A DNA stretch of 64,000 bases, from NCBI GenBank assembly GCA_047967505.1, contig CM106538.1; one strand, written 5' to 3'. The position numbers and the translations under genes were made by a program. Below, one piece after another: positions 37,313 to 51,100 of the stretch. The stretch is from Dipteris shenzhenensis. Its lineage: Eukaryota. The notes under the pieces were generated by a model that was given only the letters and a program-made list of their open reading frames with translations, searched no databases and had not been told where the DNA came from. How positions within the stretch are numbered: position 1 is the first letter of the stretch; each line of letters opens with the position of its first letter.

Positions 37313-37757
37313 TTTTTTTTTTTTTTTTTCAAAGAAAGGAACCTTGTATTAATGCTTGAAAGATTTCATATGAGACAACAGCCCCGAAGGTGCTGAGTAT
37401 GAAAAAAAACCGGAAAAGGCTTAAAGAAAAAACTGGTCTGTTCCAGAGAAGCTCAGCTCACTGCCTAGGGGATCTCTGAAACTGTAATGTATATGGCTAC
37501 AGAAGCTACTTGTAGGTCTGGGTGTTGGCTTGACATCTCCCACCTTTATCTACTTGTGATAGTCAGAGTGCCTTAGCCATTGCCCAGAACCCAATGTTTC
37601 TTTTCAAAGAAAGGAACCTTGTATTAATGCTTGAAAGATTTCATATGAGACAACAGCCCCGAAGGTGCTGAGTATGAAAAAAAACCGGAAAAGGCTTAAA
37701 GAAAAAACTGGTCTGTTCCAGAGAAGCTCAGCTCACTGCCTAGGGGATCTCTGGAAC
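37195..37757. repeat. Tandem duplication spanning the copia/L1 junction
   Basis: 37195-37482 and 37483-37757 are almost identical except for the poly-T length. Confidence 0.92.
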
Positions 37758-39364
37758 TGGGGCTAACATCCAAGTGGGGGGACTATACAGCTAGCGAATC
37801 CCTCGCGGAGTGAAGATGTAGAAGACACTTGCAGGCCAAGCCTTGCAGAAACGAGCATGCCTCTCAATAGTCGCCCTGGAGCGTGGAGTCCCACGCTCCC
37901 AAGTGGACTCTAGAGTGTAAATGATATCTTGCCAGATGGCAACCAAGGTAGCCGAGGGTGGAACCGGGTGCTCTCCCATCACAAGGCTGTACCAAGCCAC
38001 CCAAATGTTCCAAGCCGTGATGCTAGCTACCACCTCCCAAACACTGTCCTCCCTAATAGGAGGAGCAGCTAGGATGTCAGGGGGGACTGCCTCGTGGAGT
38101 GCAATCCTCTGAATGCTCTGACCTTGTATTCGGTAGGCTGGGGAGATCTCATCAATCTGAAACGCGTGTCCTCCCTCTGTCGACCAAGCCACCATCCCCC
38201 AGGTGTAGTCTCTGTGTATACTCTGCATGTGTGTCATGATCCTGAGGGCTCTCATCCAGATCCTCGTTGTGCTACGACAGCTCCATAGGCAGTGCGGGAT
38301 AGTATCCAGGACACCATCTGAGTAGCAGTGGCACTGCCCCTCTACTCGCATCTGCTCCAATCACGGGCCGATGGGCAAGCCTCCGTGGGCTGCCAGCCAG
38401 AAGAAGTATGAAATCTTCCTCGGTCGTAAGTTGGACCGCAACCGCGTCCAAAACTTGGAGCGAACATCCTGGGGGCTTTGGGTCACCCAGTGTCTCTCCC
38501 TCAAGGGGGTCCACCTCAATGAGTCCATCTAAAGTCTCCTGCCAATCTGTGTGGTGTAGGAAAAGAAAGGCACCTCATCTATCGTCTTAGCTAGGCTGCC
38601 CTTGAGGGCCAGAACCACTCCCCCGGGTCCCATTGGACCTCTCTCAGGTGTCTACCCTCCCATAGCCAGAGGCGCCATCAAGAGGCGTCGTGCTATGAGA
38701 TAATGGGATCAATGTGCCACTCCTTCCTCAAGCGTCCTACCACTCTGATCATCTGCTAGTGTATCCCATCAAGACTCCCATCCATCTCAGGGTCACTCCC
38801 AGTGAGGGGTTGAAGCAGGCCTATAGGTCCTACACAGAAGAAGCCGGGGTGCATGCTGCCGCGCTGCATCAAGTGAACACCAGTACGGGAAAACTGCCCC
38901 AACCATCTGCTGTCTCTCCAAATGTGAAGTCCTTCCCACCAAAACTCATGAATGGCTAAGTCGATCTCGCCCATCCGCTGCCTTGTCCCTCTCAAATGTG
39001 CTAGGGCGTCAAACCTCGGCTCTGCCTCCATAGGTAGTCTTCTCCTGTGACCAAAAGACCCTGCTAGACCATTGTCCCACTGTGCCCAGCCAATGTGAGT
39101 CCGCTGCCCAAGCATACGTCCCTCTTGATCTTTGACCTTTGGGTGCCACATAAGGGGCTAGTGCTCAAACTCCTCTCTGCATCTGGGCGGAGCACGGATG
39201 AGACTCCCTGCTAGTCTCTGTCAAACCCTGTGAAGACTCCTCATCAGGGGGAGCCCTTTCCCGTAAGGGGGGCCTCTGAGAAGATCCATCTATGTGAAGG
39301 CTGCCACTGTCCCCCAGTGCGTGGGGTGTTCCTCAGAAGCCCTCTCTGTAAGAAGAGCTTCCAA

Positions 39365-40630
39365 TGTTAGAAAATACCCAACAGAGGGTACACGCAGCGG
39401 AAGACTTAGAGTAATGTCCAGGAGCTCACACAGTGTGCAGTGTAGGTGTGGAATCACAGACTTCTTTACTTATGTGCATACAATAGGTGTGCAAACTCAT
39501 CAATAGACAATGAACCAACCAGATAGAGAAACCACCAAAATATATATTTCCGTCCACAACTATGGACACAATACAAGAGAGACAGATCCAGAGTCCCACC
39601 AATGATGTGGTCCTCTGATCTTACCACAAGGTCCTTCTCCTATCTGCTGGCTATCTCTAGACTCGAGCCCGCGTGCTCCACCTCGAGCTTCTGTAGACTT
39701 TCTGTCCAGTGTGTTCTTCTCCACCTTACTGCCTGTGAATCAGCCTAGGTGGGCAGCCCCTGCCAAGCTTTGTCTGCAGCACACAGGTCCCCTTGGTCCT
39801 CCTGAATGTAGGCTCCAAGATAACTGTTCCACTGCTCCAACCTGCTTGTGAATGGCTGCTCCAGAAGGTATAGTGATCTCAGCACCTTGCTGCCCTAGAT
39901 GACAGCCAAGGTCCCAGCCCTTTCCTGACTAAGTCTGCAGCCCTTCAAGCACCTCTCTATCCTCCTGAATGTAGGTCCAGAGGGTGGCTGCCTGCTGCTC
40001 CTTTCTGCCCTGGATCTGCTGGAAGCTGGATGATGAAATGAGGCCTGAGCCTCTCCTTTTATAGGCCCTGAGGCCTGGCAAAAATACCGACTGGTCAGCC
40101 CTATTCTGGCCGACTCAGTCTGGCTGAAAACCGACCTGGTTGGCTGTCCCTACCAGCCCAACCAGGGCCCTATATAAGGGACTTCACTAGGCCCTTTGCA
40201 GCCTTTGTTCCAGGCAGGGTCCAGGCCCTATTCCAGGCCCTTCTGCAGGTTGCAATCCTGCCCACAAGGCACACCTCTGCTCCTGCTATGCTGCGCCATG
40301 TGCCAGCTCTGCTTGCAGGTCGTGTCCCTGCCTGTAGACACCTGCCATGTTAGACGCCTGTACCCCGGGATATCCCGCCATCTTGTGCTGCTCCAGATAT
40401 GTCTCTTCCAGGCCAGATCTATGCCATGTATGCATCGCCATCTGCCATGGTCTCGACGCCATGTGTTGCAGCCACTTTGATGCGTCCAGGTACTTTCCTT
40501 TTTCTCTCTGATCTCTGCCCCCATGGCAGCCATCTTGCTGCCCATGTGGCCATCCCTCAGAACCCAGGTCCACCTCCCCCATGCTCTTCTCATATGGGGG
40601 CTTACAGATGGGGAGGTGACCTTTCCAACA
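39365..40630 (-). mobile_element. Isolated LTR without TSD inside the L1
   Basis: Minus strand TGTTGGAAAGG...TTTTCTAACA; shares TAAGCCCCCATATGAG with the copia LTRs at 15967 and 18443; flanks TCCAA and GGCTC differ. Confidence 0.75.
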
Positions 40631-41232
40631 GGCTCGGCACTTAGGGTGGCCCGCTGCAACTTCTATCGGAGCATCAGGTGCTGTGGTGGCTACGAACATG
40701 GTCGTGGAGCCCGTGTACGTTCCAACTCACTATGGTCCAGCTCATGAGGATGGGGGAGTCGGGAACAAGGCTCTCTTGGGTGCCTGTCCTAGAAAGATCG
40801 ACTTGTGTGATTTTGTCGGGGGTTTGGAGGGCGAGCAGTCAGTGTCTATGCGGCGTCGTACTAGGGTGGATACCAGCTCAATACCGATCTTCTGTGCCCA
40901 CTTCATCATGGAGGAGGCTTCCACCCCAAACAAATCCGCACACGTCTGGAGGGGCCAGAAGTGTGCTTGCTCCACCTTTGTCTCCATCGGCAATCTGATA
41001 ACTCCCGTTGCTAAACCACACACTGGCTCCTCGCGCGTGAAGCTCAACTGAAAGTTCACCTTCGCGCCATGGGCGTACCAAAGATCTAGTCCCTATGGTC
41101 CCATCCACTCGTCCATCATGAGCATAAGCTGATTACCCAAAATAGCATCAAACACCTCCGGGGACCACTTCTCCAATCTTGTGGAGGCAAACGGAAATCT
41201 CCAAACGGGGTGTGTCTGAGATCCCACTGCAC

Positions 41233-41465
41233 TGTTCAAACCCCCCTTGCGGGGCTAAAGGTGTTGGGGTAAAGGCCAATGGCTCAGGATATACCCCTTT
41301 GTACCATACATACATAATAAGAGCTTACCTTGATTTGGGTGAGTTAGCACCCACAATTTTTGGTGTTCTCCCTTTTCTTTGTTGCTCTCCGATAAGACCT
41401 CTCCATCAACTGGTATCAGAGCTTACGGTGTATGGAGATCTTGGAAATGGAGAAGAGAATGCACT
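41233..41465 (+). mobile_element. Short LTR plus Met-tRNA PBS stub
   Basis: TGTTCAAAC...CATCA (41233-41408), then TGGTATCAGAGC at 41411. Confidence 0.65.
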
Positions 41466-42452
41466 AGGTGGTTTGTCTGCTGTAACTGTTGCTTGTCAGG
41501 GGGGGAAAGAAGAACCTTGATGGCTGTGGGAGTCGAGGGTGGTGCCATAGAGCCCCTCTGGTCAGACCAAAGGTTGCCACCAAGATTTTGTTTCACCGTA
41601 ACAAAAACGAATGCTCCCGCTACAGCGAGGCAAATGAAAAAGGAAAAGAAAGAACGACGAGGTGAGGCAAGGCGGAAAGGTGGAGGAGAAAGAATGGGAG
41701 GGTGGTAGGGAATGTAGAGGGGAGGAGAGGAAGGAGGGAGAGGAGAAGGAGGAATGAAGAGGAGGAAGGAGGGCGGGAGAGGCGGGAGAAGAGGAGAAGA
41801 AGGAGGGGGGTGCAATGGCGGGAGGGGGGCAGAAGGATGAGAGGAAGTGCGGGGCGGCAAGGAGGGGAGTGGGAGGCAAAGAGGCAGAAGGAGGGGGTGG
41901 AGCGGGGGAGAAGGCAGGGCGGGGGGTAGAGCAAGGGGAGGCAGCGCGGGGGAGAAGGTAGGGCGGGAGAGACGGCAGGGCAGGGGAGCAGCAAGGGGAG
42001 GGGGTGCGGGGTGGAGAAGGTAGGGCGGGGGGCGGAGGTGGAGCGGGGAGGGCAGGGCAGAGCGGAGAGGGAGGAGGGGCGAGGCGGAGCGAGGGCGAGG
42101 GCAAGGCAGGGAGGAGGGGCGACGAGGAGGGGGCCGCAGCAGACAGGAGCCGCGGGCAGCCTACAATCCACCGGAACCCAATGTTTCATGCGCTTACTTT
42201 GCACATTGAGGTTCATTATCACTATGCTAGAGAGAGTATGAACAGGGGATATTCACTTGTCTTATGTTCCGACACAAGGCAATGTGGCAGATACCTGCAC
42301 CAAAGGGTCTTCCACGACCCAAGCTTAAAGCTTTTTGACAAGCTTTACACTTGATTCCATTTGTTATGCGCTTTTGCCATCCTTTTGCTATATCCTCTTG
42401 GATGAACATGTGCAACCATGGGTTGATAGGTATTTTAGTCCCTAGTATGGCC

Positions 42453-42960
42453 TTTTTTTTTTTCCTAGAGAAATGAACCTTCTATTAATTCTTGAAAAAT
42501 ACCATACAAGTCAGCTTCCAACGAGGGCTAAAGATGGTAAAAGCAATGAAAGAAAGAGGATTGGTTGTCAACCAGACCAGGTTCCGGAAAGACAAGCTCA
42601 CTGCTTAGGTGCTCTGCGGAATAGGTGCTAGTAGCCAGGGTGGCGGTCTATACATCCAACGGATACCACTCAAGAGAAGAGTATAAAAGATGCCTGCAAG
42701 CCAAGCCTTGTAGAAATGCTCCCGCCTTTCAACGGTCGCTTAAGAATCCCGGGTGCAGCATTTCCAGATGGTGCGCAGTGTGATGATGATGTCCTGCCAG
42801 ATGGCGACTTGGGTAGTCGTCGGTGGTGAGACCTACTGGCCTCCCATCACGCGACTACACTGGGCGGCCCATAGGTTCCAAGTAGTGATGTTGGATACTG
42901 TTTCCCATACACTGTCTTCTGGCGACAACATCGGTCATGCATGGGTTGGGATGTGCACGG
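42453..42960 (-). mobile_element. 5'-truncated L1 3' end, related to the 37313 element
   Basis: Poly-T at 42453; similar to 37313-38050 (DSVWETVSNITTWNLWAAQC vs DSVWEVVASITAWNIWVAWY). Confidence 0.78.
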
Positions 42961-43769
42961 TCTCTGAGCAAAAACCTACAAGCAAAGCAATCTGAGCGAT
43001 GATTTTTGACACCAACCATGCTAGTATATTTCTCAAAGGAATATACAATTCTTAATTCCTCAAACAACATCTATATATGAACAAATAGTGAACACTTAAG
43101 AAACTCTTATAAATCCCTCCCTACATACTCTCTTGTGAGGATTATTGTAATTCAATGGATTTAGAAGAGTTTCCCTTAGCTCTAGCAATCCCATATTTGA
43201 AGTATTGAGATGCTCTCATGTAACAATGTATATCATATTCCTTGAATGAGTAGGAAAGAGATATTGAAAACCCTCATACTTGAAGCCGGTATAATCAATC
43301 ATAAATTCACCTCTACGATATTATCGAATATGGTAAGGCAAGGGAGGGATTCTCAAAATACGGATGATCCACAGTCAGCCGTCAGCCCCACATAAGATAT
43401 TTATGGCCGTGTTTTGAGAATCCCCACTACAGTTTGAGACAACATTCTAGGTTATCACATACCTTTACCAAGGCAGGGATTATGGCTCTTATACCTCAGA
43501 TGTAGGTTACCATGGATGATGACCTCACGCTCTTGCGACAAGAGCACAGAAGAGAGGGAATGTTTCGAGTGTTGGCTGCAAGGTAGGAGGGAAAATGGGT
43601 GGTATATCGAGATGGTAAAGTAACCATTCGGGAGAGGGCAGATAGAGGAGGAAGAGCTGCAGATAGTGCACGACAGTGTCGGCCTCTGAGACAGAGACAC
43701 GGAACAGATTGAGCATTGCTGTTTGGAATTGTAATGGTACTCTCTAGTCTCTGATCGAGGCGGCTCTTC

Positions 43770-44356
43770 AGAAACGTACATAGACAGAGATATTATTTTC
43801 TATACTAAGACACATGAGAGCCCAGTAAGAGGATTGCTCACTGTGACAGGGTACACCTAAGAGTCAGCTTATAGAAAGGAGATGAGGAGAGATACAGGGA
43901 CACGAGGCTTTGGGGGCGTAGCTGTCCTCTTCAGATCACATTTGAGACCACTCATATTTGTTATGCAGAAGGAGTAGCATGCACAACACATGTGGATTCG
44001 GATTCAGCCACCTGATGCACAACTGATTTTCATTGCGGTGTGCTACTTTCCCCCTGACACATCATCCTATGCACGTGAAGTCATTGCAGAGGGCCACATC
44101 CCATATGAGACGATTTATGATGGCATCATGGAGTTCGCCAAACAAGGAGAGGTCCTTCTCTGGAGTTTGCCAAACAGATGACACTTGGGGATATCCTCTC
44201 TCTGTTTAGAGTCGGGGCTTGACCGTCAGGGGTCATTGTAGCCCTTGTTAGGCGCAAAGCTGTGACCAGAAGACGACACATGACCACGCTCGTGAACAGC
44301 CGACAACACTCTATCGCCGACTTCATGCTTTCGTTGTCTCATCCAAATGGATGACC

Positions 44357-44391
<35 letters not shown>

Positions 44392-46420
44392 TGTAGTCGA
44401 TCACTCTGACATGACTATGTAGTACTTAGCACTAGCTTTTTGCATTCTACATTGATGTGGATGCTCGTTTAGTAGCTCCACCCTCACAGTTTGTTTGTAT
44501 TAGGATTCTCACAATCTCATAGACCCATCGGTCTTCCGAAGACTTTAATAAACTCTCTTTCTTTCTTTCTCTTGGGTGACTTCAACGTACGCATAGGGAA
44601 TAGATAGGTGGGGTTGCTAGACTTTGAGACCTACCCTCTTAGAGTACCAGAGAGGGACCCAGTTGATCTCGGGATAGCGAGATCTTCAGATGATGCACAT
44701 GTGACAGGATATGGGAGACACCTACTCGAGATGGGAGATATACACGACTTGATTATATATAATTGCCTCCACAAATGGCCGTTATTAAGAGGGCTTACTT
44801 GCTTTCCACATGGAGGGGGCAGTAGCATAGTGGACTACCTGTTGGGCTCCCCATTTGTGACACGGGTACATGATTTCATACTGGCGCCAACCACACATGT
44901 TTATCCTTCAGTATCTTGACTGCACTGCTAGATATAGGATGTGATCTCCTTGGCCCCATCCAGATCAGAGGACACTTTGACCATGCTCTTGATGCGGTAT
45001 ACATGAGCCACTTGTCCCAGGGGTTAGCGACCCCCTTTGGAGATGATGCAGACCTCACTTACGCCCCAGGTACACTTGTCTCACTAGTTCATGATGTGGC
45101 CATAAGATCATTCCCCACCACCCGCAATCTTCCACTAGGAAGGTGCCACAAAACCCATGGTATGATGATGAGTGCCGAGAGCTGAGATTCCACCTTGTAC
45201 AGGAGTAGGCTTTGGGACCCTTGACGAGATGAGCATTTCCTCTCACACAGGATGACCGAGGTAATTCACTTTGTTCGGGGAGGCGATCCATTGCATGGGG
45301 GCTTATAACTGAGGGGAAACCACCGATTCGCATTAGAGATCCAAGCATATGGCACACCTACGTGACATCACTGTATGATGCTACCAAGTGAGACCCCACC
45401 TGATATGTCTTCCATCCCCAAGCCTACCACTTGCACTCTGTTCACCACCTACAATGTGCAGGCTGCACTACGTCGGCTTCACAACTGACGAGCTTAGGAT
45501 CATGAGGGACTACGGACTAAGCACTTTGCCCATGGGATGGAGGTCATGCCTCCAGTCCTAGCGCAATTGTTCAACCAGCGTGTTTCACGGATTCCCCCTT
45601 GCTTGGAGCAGTGCCACCATTGTACTGATACACAAGTCAGGAGACCCCATGGATATTGGGAATTACCGCACACTCATGATTGGCCACACATTGGCCAAGA
45701 TATAAGAGCAATGCTGGAGAGAGATATCAGAACTTCACAGACACACATGGGCAGTGAGCCTTAGAACAGGCTGGGTTCAGGAGATAACACCTTTCCTCTG
45801 GATCACATCTTCACTCTATGGGCCATCATTGAGGAGGCGAGGTTGAGGAAGCAGAAAGTATACACTTGTTTCACTGAGTTTCGGAAGGCCTTTGACACTG
45901 TCCCAAGGGCTCACATGTTTAGGAGGCTTCAAGAGATGCAGATCCCGGGAGTCATGATACGGGGGGTGATGAGCCTATATGAGACAGTCGGAGGTAGAGT
46001 GCACGCCACAAGAGGTCTATCAGATTGGGTTGAGAGTGCCATTGGAGTGAAGCAGGGATGCCCCCTCTCACGGACACTGTTTGGACTTTATATTGAATGA
46101 GATGACTACCTTCATTGATAGTCTAGGAGGTGAGGGATCATTGCTCGCTGACTTGATGGTACAGATACAGCTATATGCTGATGACATAGTCCTTATATTC
46201 TCCTCTGCGGGCGGGTCTCCAGAATGGCCTAGAGACCCTAGAGGTGTTTTGTAGGAAGAGGGACCCGGCAGTCAACCTTGGCAAGACCAAGGTTGTGATT
46301 TTCAACACCTCTCGGGTAGTGCGTCATCGACATAGTTTCACCTACCGAAGTGAGCCCGTATAGATTGTGCAGTCCTACACATACGTTAGAGCAGATTTCT
46401 CGTGTCCAGCCTCATAGTTC
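43770..46420 (+). mobile_element. RTE/RTEX-type LINE, EN-RT, decayed
   Basis: GGVAVLF, AVCYFPP, LLLGDFN (split by an insertion), SIVDYLL, FRKAFDTVPR, GVKQGCPLS, LYADD, VNLGKTKV. Confidence 0.88.
44162..44566 (+). mobile_element. 5'-truncated RTE/RTEX-type 3' end nested in the endonuclease of another copy
   Basis: Homologous to the reverse complement of 48092-48530; (GAT)n tract, AATAAA, (CTTT)n tail; short TTCTCT duplication at the junctions. Confidence 0.85.
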
Positions 46421-46439
46421 TACACATACGTTAGAGCAC

Positions 46440-47040
46440 GACTCTCATGGTCGGCCAGTTTGAGGGCTCCAAGCCCTCCTATAAAAAGCCCCCCACTCTC
46501 CCCTCATTTCTCATCACCTGCACTGACAAGCCTTGCACCGGCAAGCACGCAGGGAGAGGAGTAGACTCAGGGTCTGGTCCAGCATCTCTTTGCTGGTTGT
46601 ATGCTCATCTCTCGAGCTTTTGTCAGCCCACCGTTGTGGAAGAATATATCTGAGTTTTGCTATCCATCTCTGTCTATTTCTTTGAGTGTTGTTTGAGCTG
46701 CGATTGGGAGCGTGAGTAGTGAGTGATTCTATCCTCTACTTTCCAACATGGTATTAGCAAGGTTTCCAGCTCTAGAATGGAGTTCCTCAGCAAGAAGGCG
46801 ACTCCAATCAACACTCAGGTTTACTGCGTGGTCAAGTTCTCTACTGCAAATTCATTTTTCAGTTTGCTGTTCGCTATTACAGCAAGGATGGAGGACAAGG
46901 ATTCAACTGTTGTCTCTTCAGCCCTTTCTCTTCCTTTCTCCTCCTCTAGATTTCTCTCAGGCAGCTCACTAACAACAGGGAAACTGTCTAGATTGATGGA
47001 CTGGCTGAGGATTTCCACGTGTTTTTGGGAGGGCGTTTTA
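46440..47040 (+). mobile_element. LTR 3' part plus degenerate PBS and leader, just upstream of exon 3
   Basis: TATAAAA box, ...TTCCAACA at 46748 followed by TGGTATTAGC. Confidence 0.55.
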
Positions 47041-47162
47041 TTTATTATGATCTTTAAACAGTTGTCTCAGTTTTAACCATATCCCCAATTTGAATTTTAG
47101 TGGCCTGGGTAAGGTATTTAGGGGTGTCAATGATCTCATCTCTGATATTATCATGTGTACAG

Positions 47163-47358
47163 GTGGGGATAATATATCTGTCACTGGTGGGGTGGTTTCA
47201 AGGGTAGAACCCACACAATATGTACATGGGGCATCCCATCTTATGGCAATTCAGATAGATGCTGCTATAAATCCAGGGAATAGTGGAGGACCGGCTTTAA
47301 TGGAGGACAAAGTTGTAGGTGTTGCATTTCAGAACCTTGCAAATGCAGAAAATATCGG
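47163..47358 (+). CDS. DEG10: Deg protease exon 3 (catalytic Ser)
   Basis: [46 protein letters not shown]...AENIG; acceptor GTACAG, donor GG|GTGTGT. Confidence 0.93.
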
Positions 47359-47486
47359 GTGTGTGAAGCCAAACAATGATGTTATCTTTCAGAATCTTTG
47401 CTTTGAATTTTACGTTTTGTGCTGAAATATCACAAGGTGTTAATGCTATCCACTTGTGAGCCGTGGTCTGTCTTTACTTGAAACAG

Positions 47487-47746
47487 GTATATTATTCCAG
47501 CTCCCATAATTAGCCATTTCCTTGAAGATGTTGAAGAAAGAGGAAAGTATGTGGGTTTTTGCACTCTAGGGTTGACATGCCAAGCAACAGAGAATGCTCA
47601 TTTAAGGGAACATCTTAATATGCCAGCTGGATTGACGGGGGTTCTAGTAAGCAAGATTCACCCTCTTACTGATACTCACCGTTGGATTAAGAAAGATGAT
47701 ATTATTTTGGCATTTGATGGTCATCCAATTGCAAATGATGGGACAG
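47487..47746 (+). CDS. DEG10: Deg protease exon 4 (PDZ domain start); later exons not found in the window
   Basis: [28 protein letters not shown]...[17 protein letters not shown]; acceptor AAACAG, donor AG|GTACAT. Confidence 0.9.
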
Positions 47747-48091
47747 GTACATTACTGTACTTTCTATATTCATTTTTTGTTAAATGCATTGATTATCTTA
47801 ACGTTCTTGGGAGTTGGACTCTGTTTCCTGTTTCAGTCCTAGGATTAATGATATTACTTTGAAAGGGAAGGAGATTACTGCTTGTTATTTGTAATGGGAG
47901 CACTTCACAATGTTGCCGTATCATTAAACGAACTAGCATTTTTCAAAGCTTTTATTGGAATTGCATTGGATCTACGCTGAAATTGAATCAGGCACTTATA
48001 TGGTAGTGATAAAATTTGTCTTGCTCATGCATGCCGTATGGTATAGGGAACTGAGTACTGCAATAAGCTGTCCAACCATTTATTCTATAGG

Positions 48092-48122
<31 letters not shown>

Positions 48123-51100
48123 GTTTATTAAAGTCTTCGGAAGACCGATGGGTCTATGAGACTGTGAAAATCCTGATACAACGAGCTGTGGTAGTGGAGC
48201 TACTAAACGAGCGTCCATACCAATGCAAAATGCAAAATGCCAAAATTGCAGAATGGCAGTACTAAGTCCTAAGTACAACATAGTGATGTCGGTGGTCGAC
48301 TATATATCAATCTCAGCATCATCATCAATATCATCATCATCCCCAGCAACAGCAAGATATCAGGATGGATGAGGCAGTGGAGGCATGAAGTCGGCAATAG
48401 AGTGCTGTCGGCCACTCAGAGGTGCGGTCCTGGCACGTCTCTTGGTCGTAGCTCTACGTCTAACCAGGGCTACTGTGACCCCCGTCGGTCGGGCTCCAAC
48501 TCTAAACAAGGAGGGGATGTCTCCAAGTGTGATCTGTGGGTCGACCCTCTGTCTGAGCTGTCGGGTCATGGGTTCCGGGTCACGGTCATGTCGAGGCCTC
48601 GTCTCGTTGGGATCCATGTGATCTAGCTGAAAGAACTCCGTGATAGAGCTCTGAGAGGGATCAGCCGAGGAAGAAGTCTGCTCCTGTCTCCGTGCTCGGA
48701 GTATCCTCTCGCGGTGTCTAAGTGCCTTATGAATGAAACCTGCCAAACACCGCTGGTCTGGGTAGGAGAGGAAATGGGCTAAAATCCCATAACTATCTCT
48801 GAAGAGGCAGTGGAAACGTCCTCGGATCTCACAGTACACAGGTCCACCTGAAGATGAAATGCTCCTCTGTCTCAACCTCCTGTATGTCAAATAGTGTGCA
48901 TATGTGCCGCTTCCTGGATAGTCGCTCTGCTCTACCGCTCTCAATGCGAAGTCTGTGTGAAGAGACCTGGAACTGCCCAAGAGAGATCCTCATCGAGTGG
49001 GGTAGGTGAATCTGTGTGTATCCTGGTGGGTCAATGAAACCCTCCGCTGTGATATGTAAGAAGTGATCTCTGTAGAAGCTAAGCTCCACTGGGAGTTCAC
49101 TCGGTTCCAACCAGGTCCGAAAAGTGTGTAGCTGTAGTAGATCCTCACGGATAACCTGGTTGACCTCGTGTGATAAGAGGGGAGAGAACGGAGCATCCAT
49201 GCTATACTGGAAGGGAGGTAGTCTATCCATGTGGAGCCCCGTCGCTCAAACCATCTCTCTGTACGTGCATACCAGCACCTCTGATCTCCTCCTGCTGCAA
49301 GTGCCATAGAAGAGGATAAAGCTATCCATGGTAGCTTGCTACGCCCCGAGGTATAATCCCCATATTCCCTAACTCGGTACAGATATGTGATGACCTGAAA
49401 TGCAGCATCTAGCTGTAAAGGGTGACCCAAACTCAGCTTGAATGATCTGGTGAGGAACGGATGACTTACCACGAATCATCCGTGATAGCATGAGAACCTG
49501 TAGCCGCTCCACACGAGCCCACTCTATATCGGACAAGTCTGGCCCCCAACAAGGACTGCCGTACATCCCCGTTGGGCGAGCCAAGGAGTCAAAAAGCAAC
49601 CCCTTGGTGCGTGGATCCTGAAAGTGTGAGCGGAAGCACTGCCTCTCTAGCCTGGCCAATGATGCATACCCTCTGCTCAAGCGTGCCTGCATCGCGGGTC
49701 TCATAGTGAAGCTCGGTCCGGAGAAGATAACCCCAAGATAAGTGTATGATGAAACTATCTCAACAGATGACCCCGCAAATGTAAACTGCTCCTGACGCAT
49801 GATGGCTCGAGATGTATTGAAGATCATGACCTTGGTTTTACCTAGGTTGACCTTCAAATCATGAGACTCACAAAAGGACTGTAGTGCGTCTAGGTGTCTC
49901 TGAAGCCCCTCTGCTGAGGAAGACAAGAGAGCCACGTCATCTACATAGAGCAAAATCTGGATCAACGTGCCTGCAAGAGAGCAACCTACACCCCCCTGTG
50001 TCTGCATCACTGTCTCAAGCTGGTCAATGTAGAGGCCAAACAAGGTAGGCGACAAAGGACACCCTTGTTTGACCCCGATGGTACTCATGATCTCGTCTGT
50101 CCACCCGGATCCTACCCGAACTCTGCCAGAAACTCTCTCGTAAAGTGCCATGACAGCCCAAATGATCTCCTGGTCATAACCCAAGTCCTATAGGCGCCGT
50201 ATGAGGCGGGCTCTCGGGACTGTGTCAAATGCCTTGCGAAAATCCACAAAGCAACAATAAACCCTCTGCTTCCGTGATCTCGCCTCCTCGATGATACATC
50301 TGAGCGTCAGAATGTGGTCCATGGTTCCATGATCACGCCGGAATCCGGCCTGTCCTGCTGCTCTGAGTCCTCGACACTCTGCAAGTCTGCTAACCTCGGA
50401 GTTAAGTACTGATGCATAAATCTTAGACATGACATGTCCAATCATAATGGTCCTGTAGTTCTCCGGGCTCATGGGATCCCCTGCCTTGTGGATGGGTGAG
50501 ATAGTGTTAATGGTCCAAGTGTGTGGAAATTCCAAACAAACCGCTTCATTAAAAAGCTTTGCTAAGATTGGGGCTAGGAGGTTAATCCCATATGCAATGA
50601 ACTCAGTACATAGTCCCTCATGATCCTTCGCTCGGCCATTATGAAGTTTCATTACAGCATCCTTTACCCCTCCTCTAGTGAAGAGGGTGCAGGATGTGGG
50701 ACGAGGCATGTGTGAGAGGCTAGGGACTGGCTGATTTGGAATGTCATAAAGTGTGCGTGCATAATCAAACCAGATCTGGGTGTCAGTGAGTGGCGGAGGG
50801 GACCGTCCTTCTAGAAATCTCCGCCAGAAGTCCTTAGAGTTGTTACTAAACAAAATGTTCAGTAGCTCCTCCTCGTTTCGACGAACGAAGTCTAGTTTCT
50901 TCCTTCGTACCAGTCTACGGTATTCACGTAGCGTATCTGGTGCGCTTGGAAGACTGTTTTTGGTTTCGAATCTGAGTTGATGGCGTAAGGCCTTACACTC
51001 ATCATCATACCAACTATTACAGGGTACGTTTCTAGGGGGTGGTGGGCAGGTGGAGCGGATGGTGTGGGGAAAGGCGTGAATGGCAGCCTCGTGTAGTGAG

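Larger units (their letters stand above)
37313..42173 (-). mobile_element. L1 LINE with both ends retained, internally deleted and carrying LTR insertions
   Basis: 14-bp TSD GAACCCAATGTTTC (37299-37312, 42174-42187), poly(A) tail, C-rich 5' UTR, ORF1 start MAPPSTPTAIKVLLS, ORF2 start MSWTIVSWNVHGL at 40745, C-terminal CHC...DTIPHCLWSC finger. Confidence 0.88.

Noticed and set aside
41423-42241. Pro-rich extensin-like ORFs
   Set aside because: Low-complexity C-rich 5' UTR of the L1 element.
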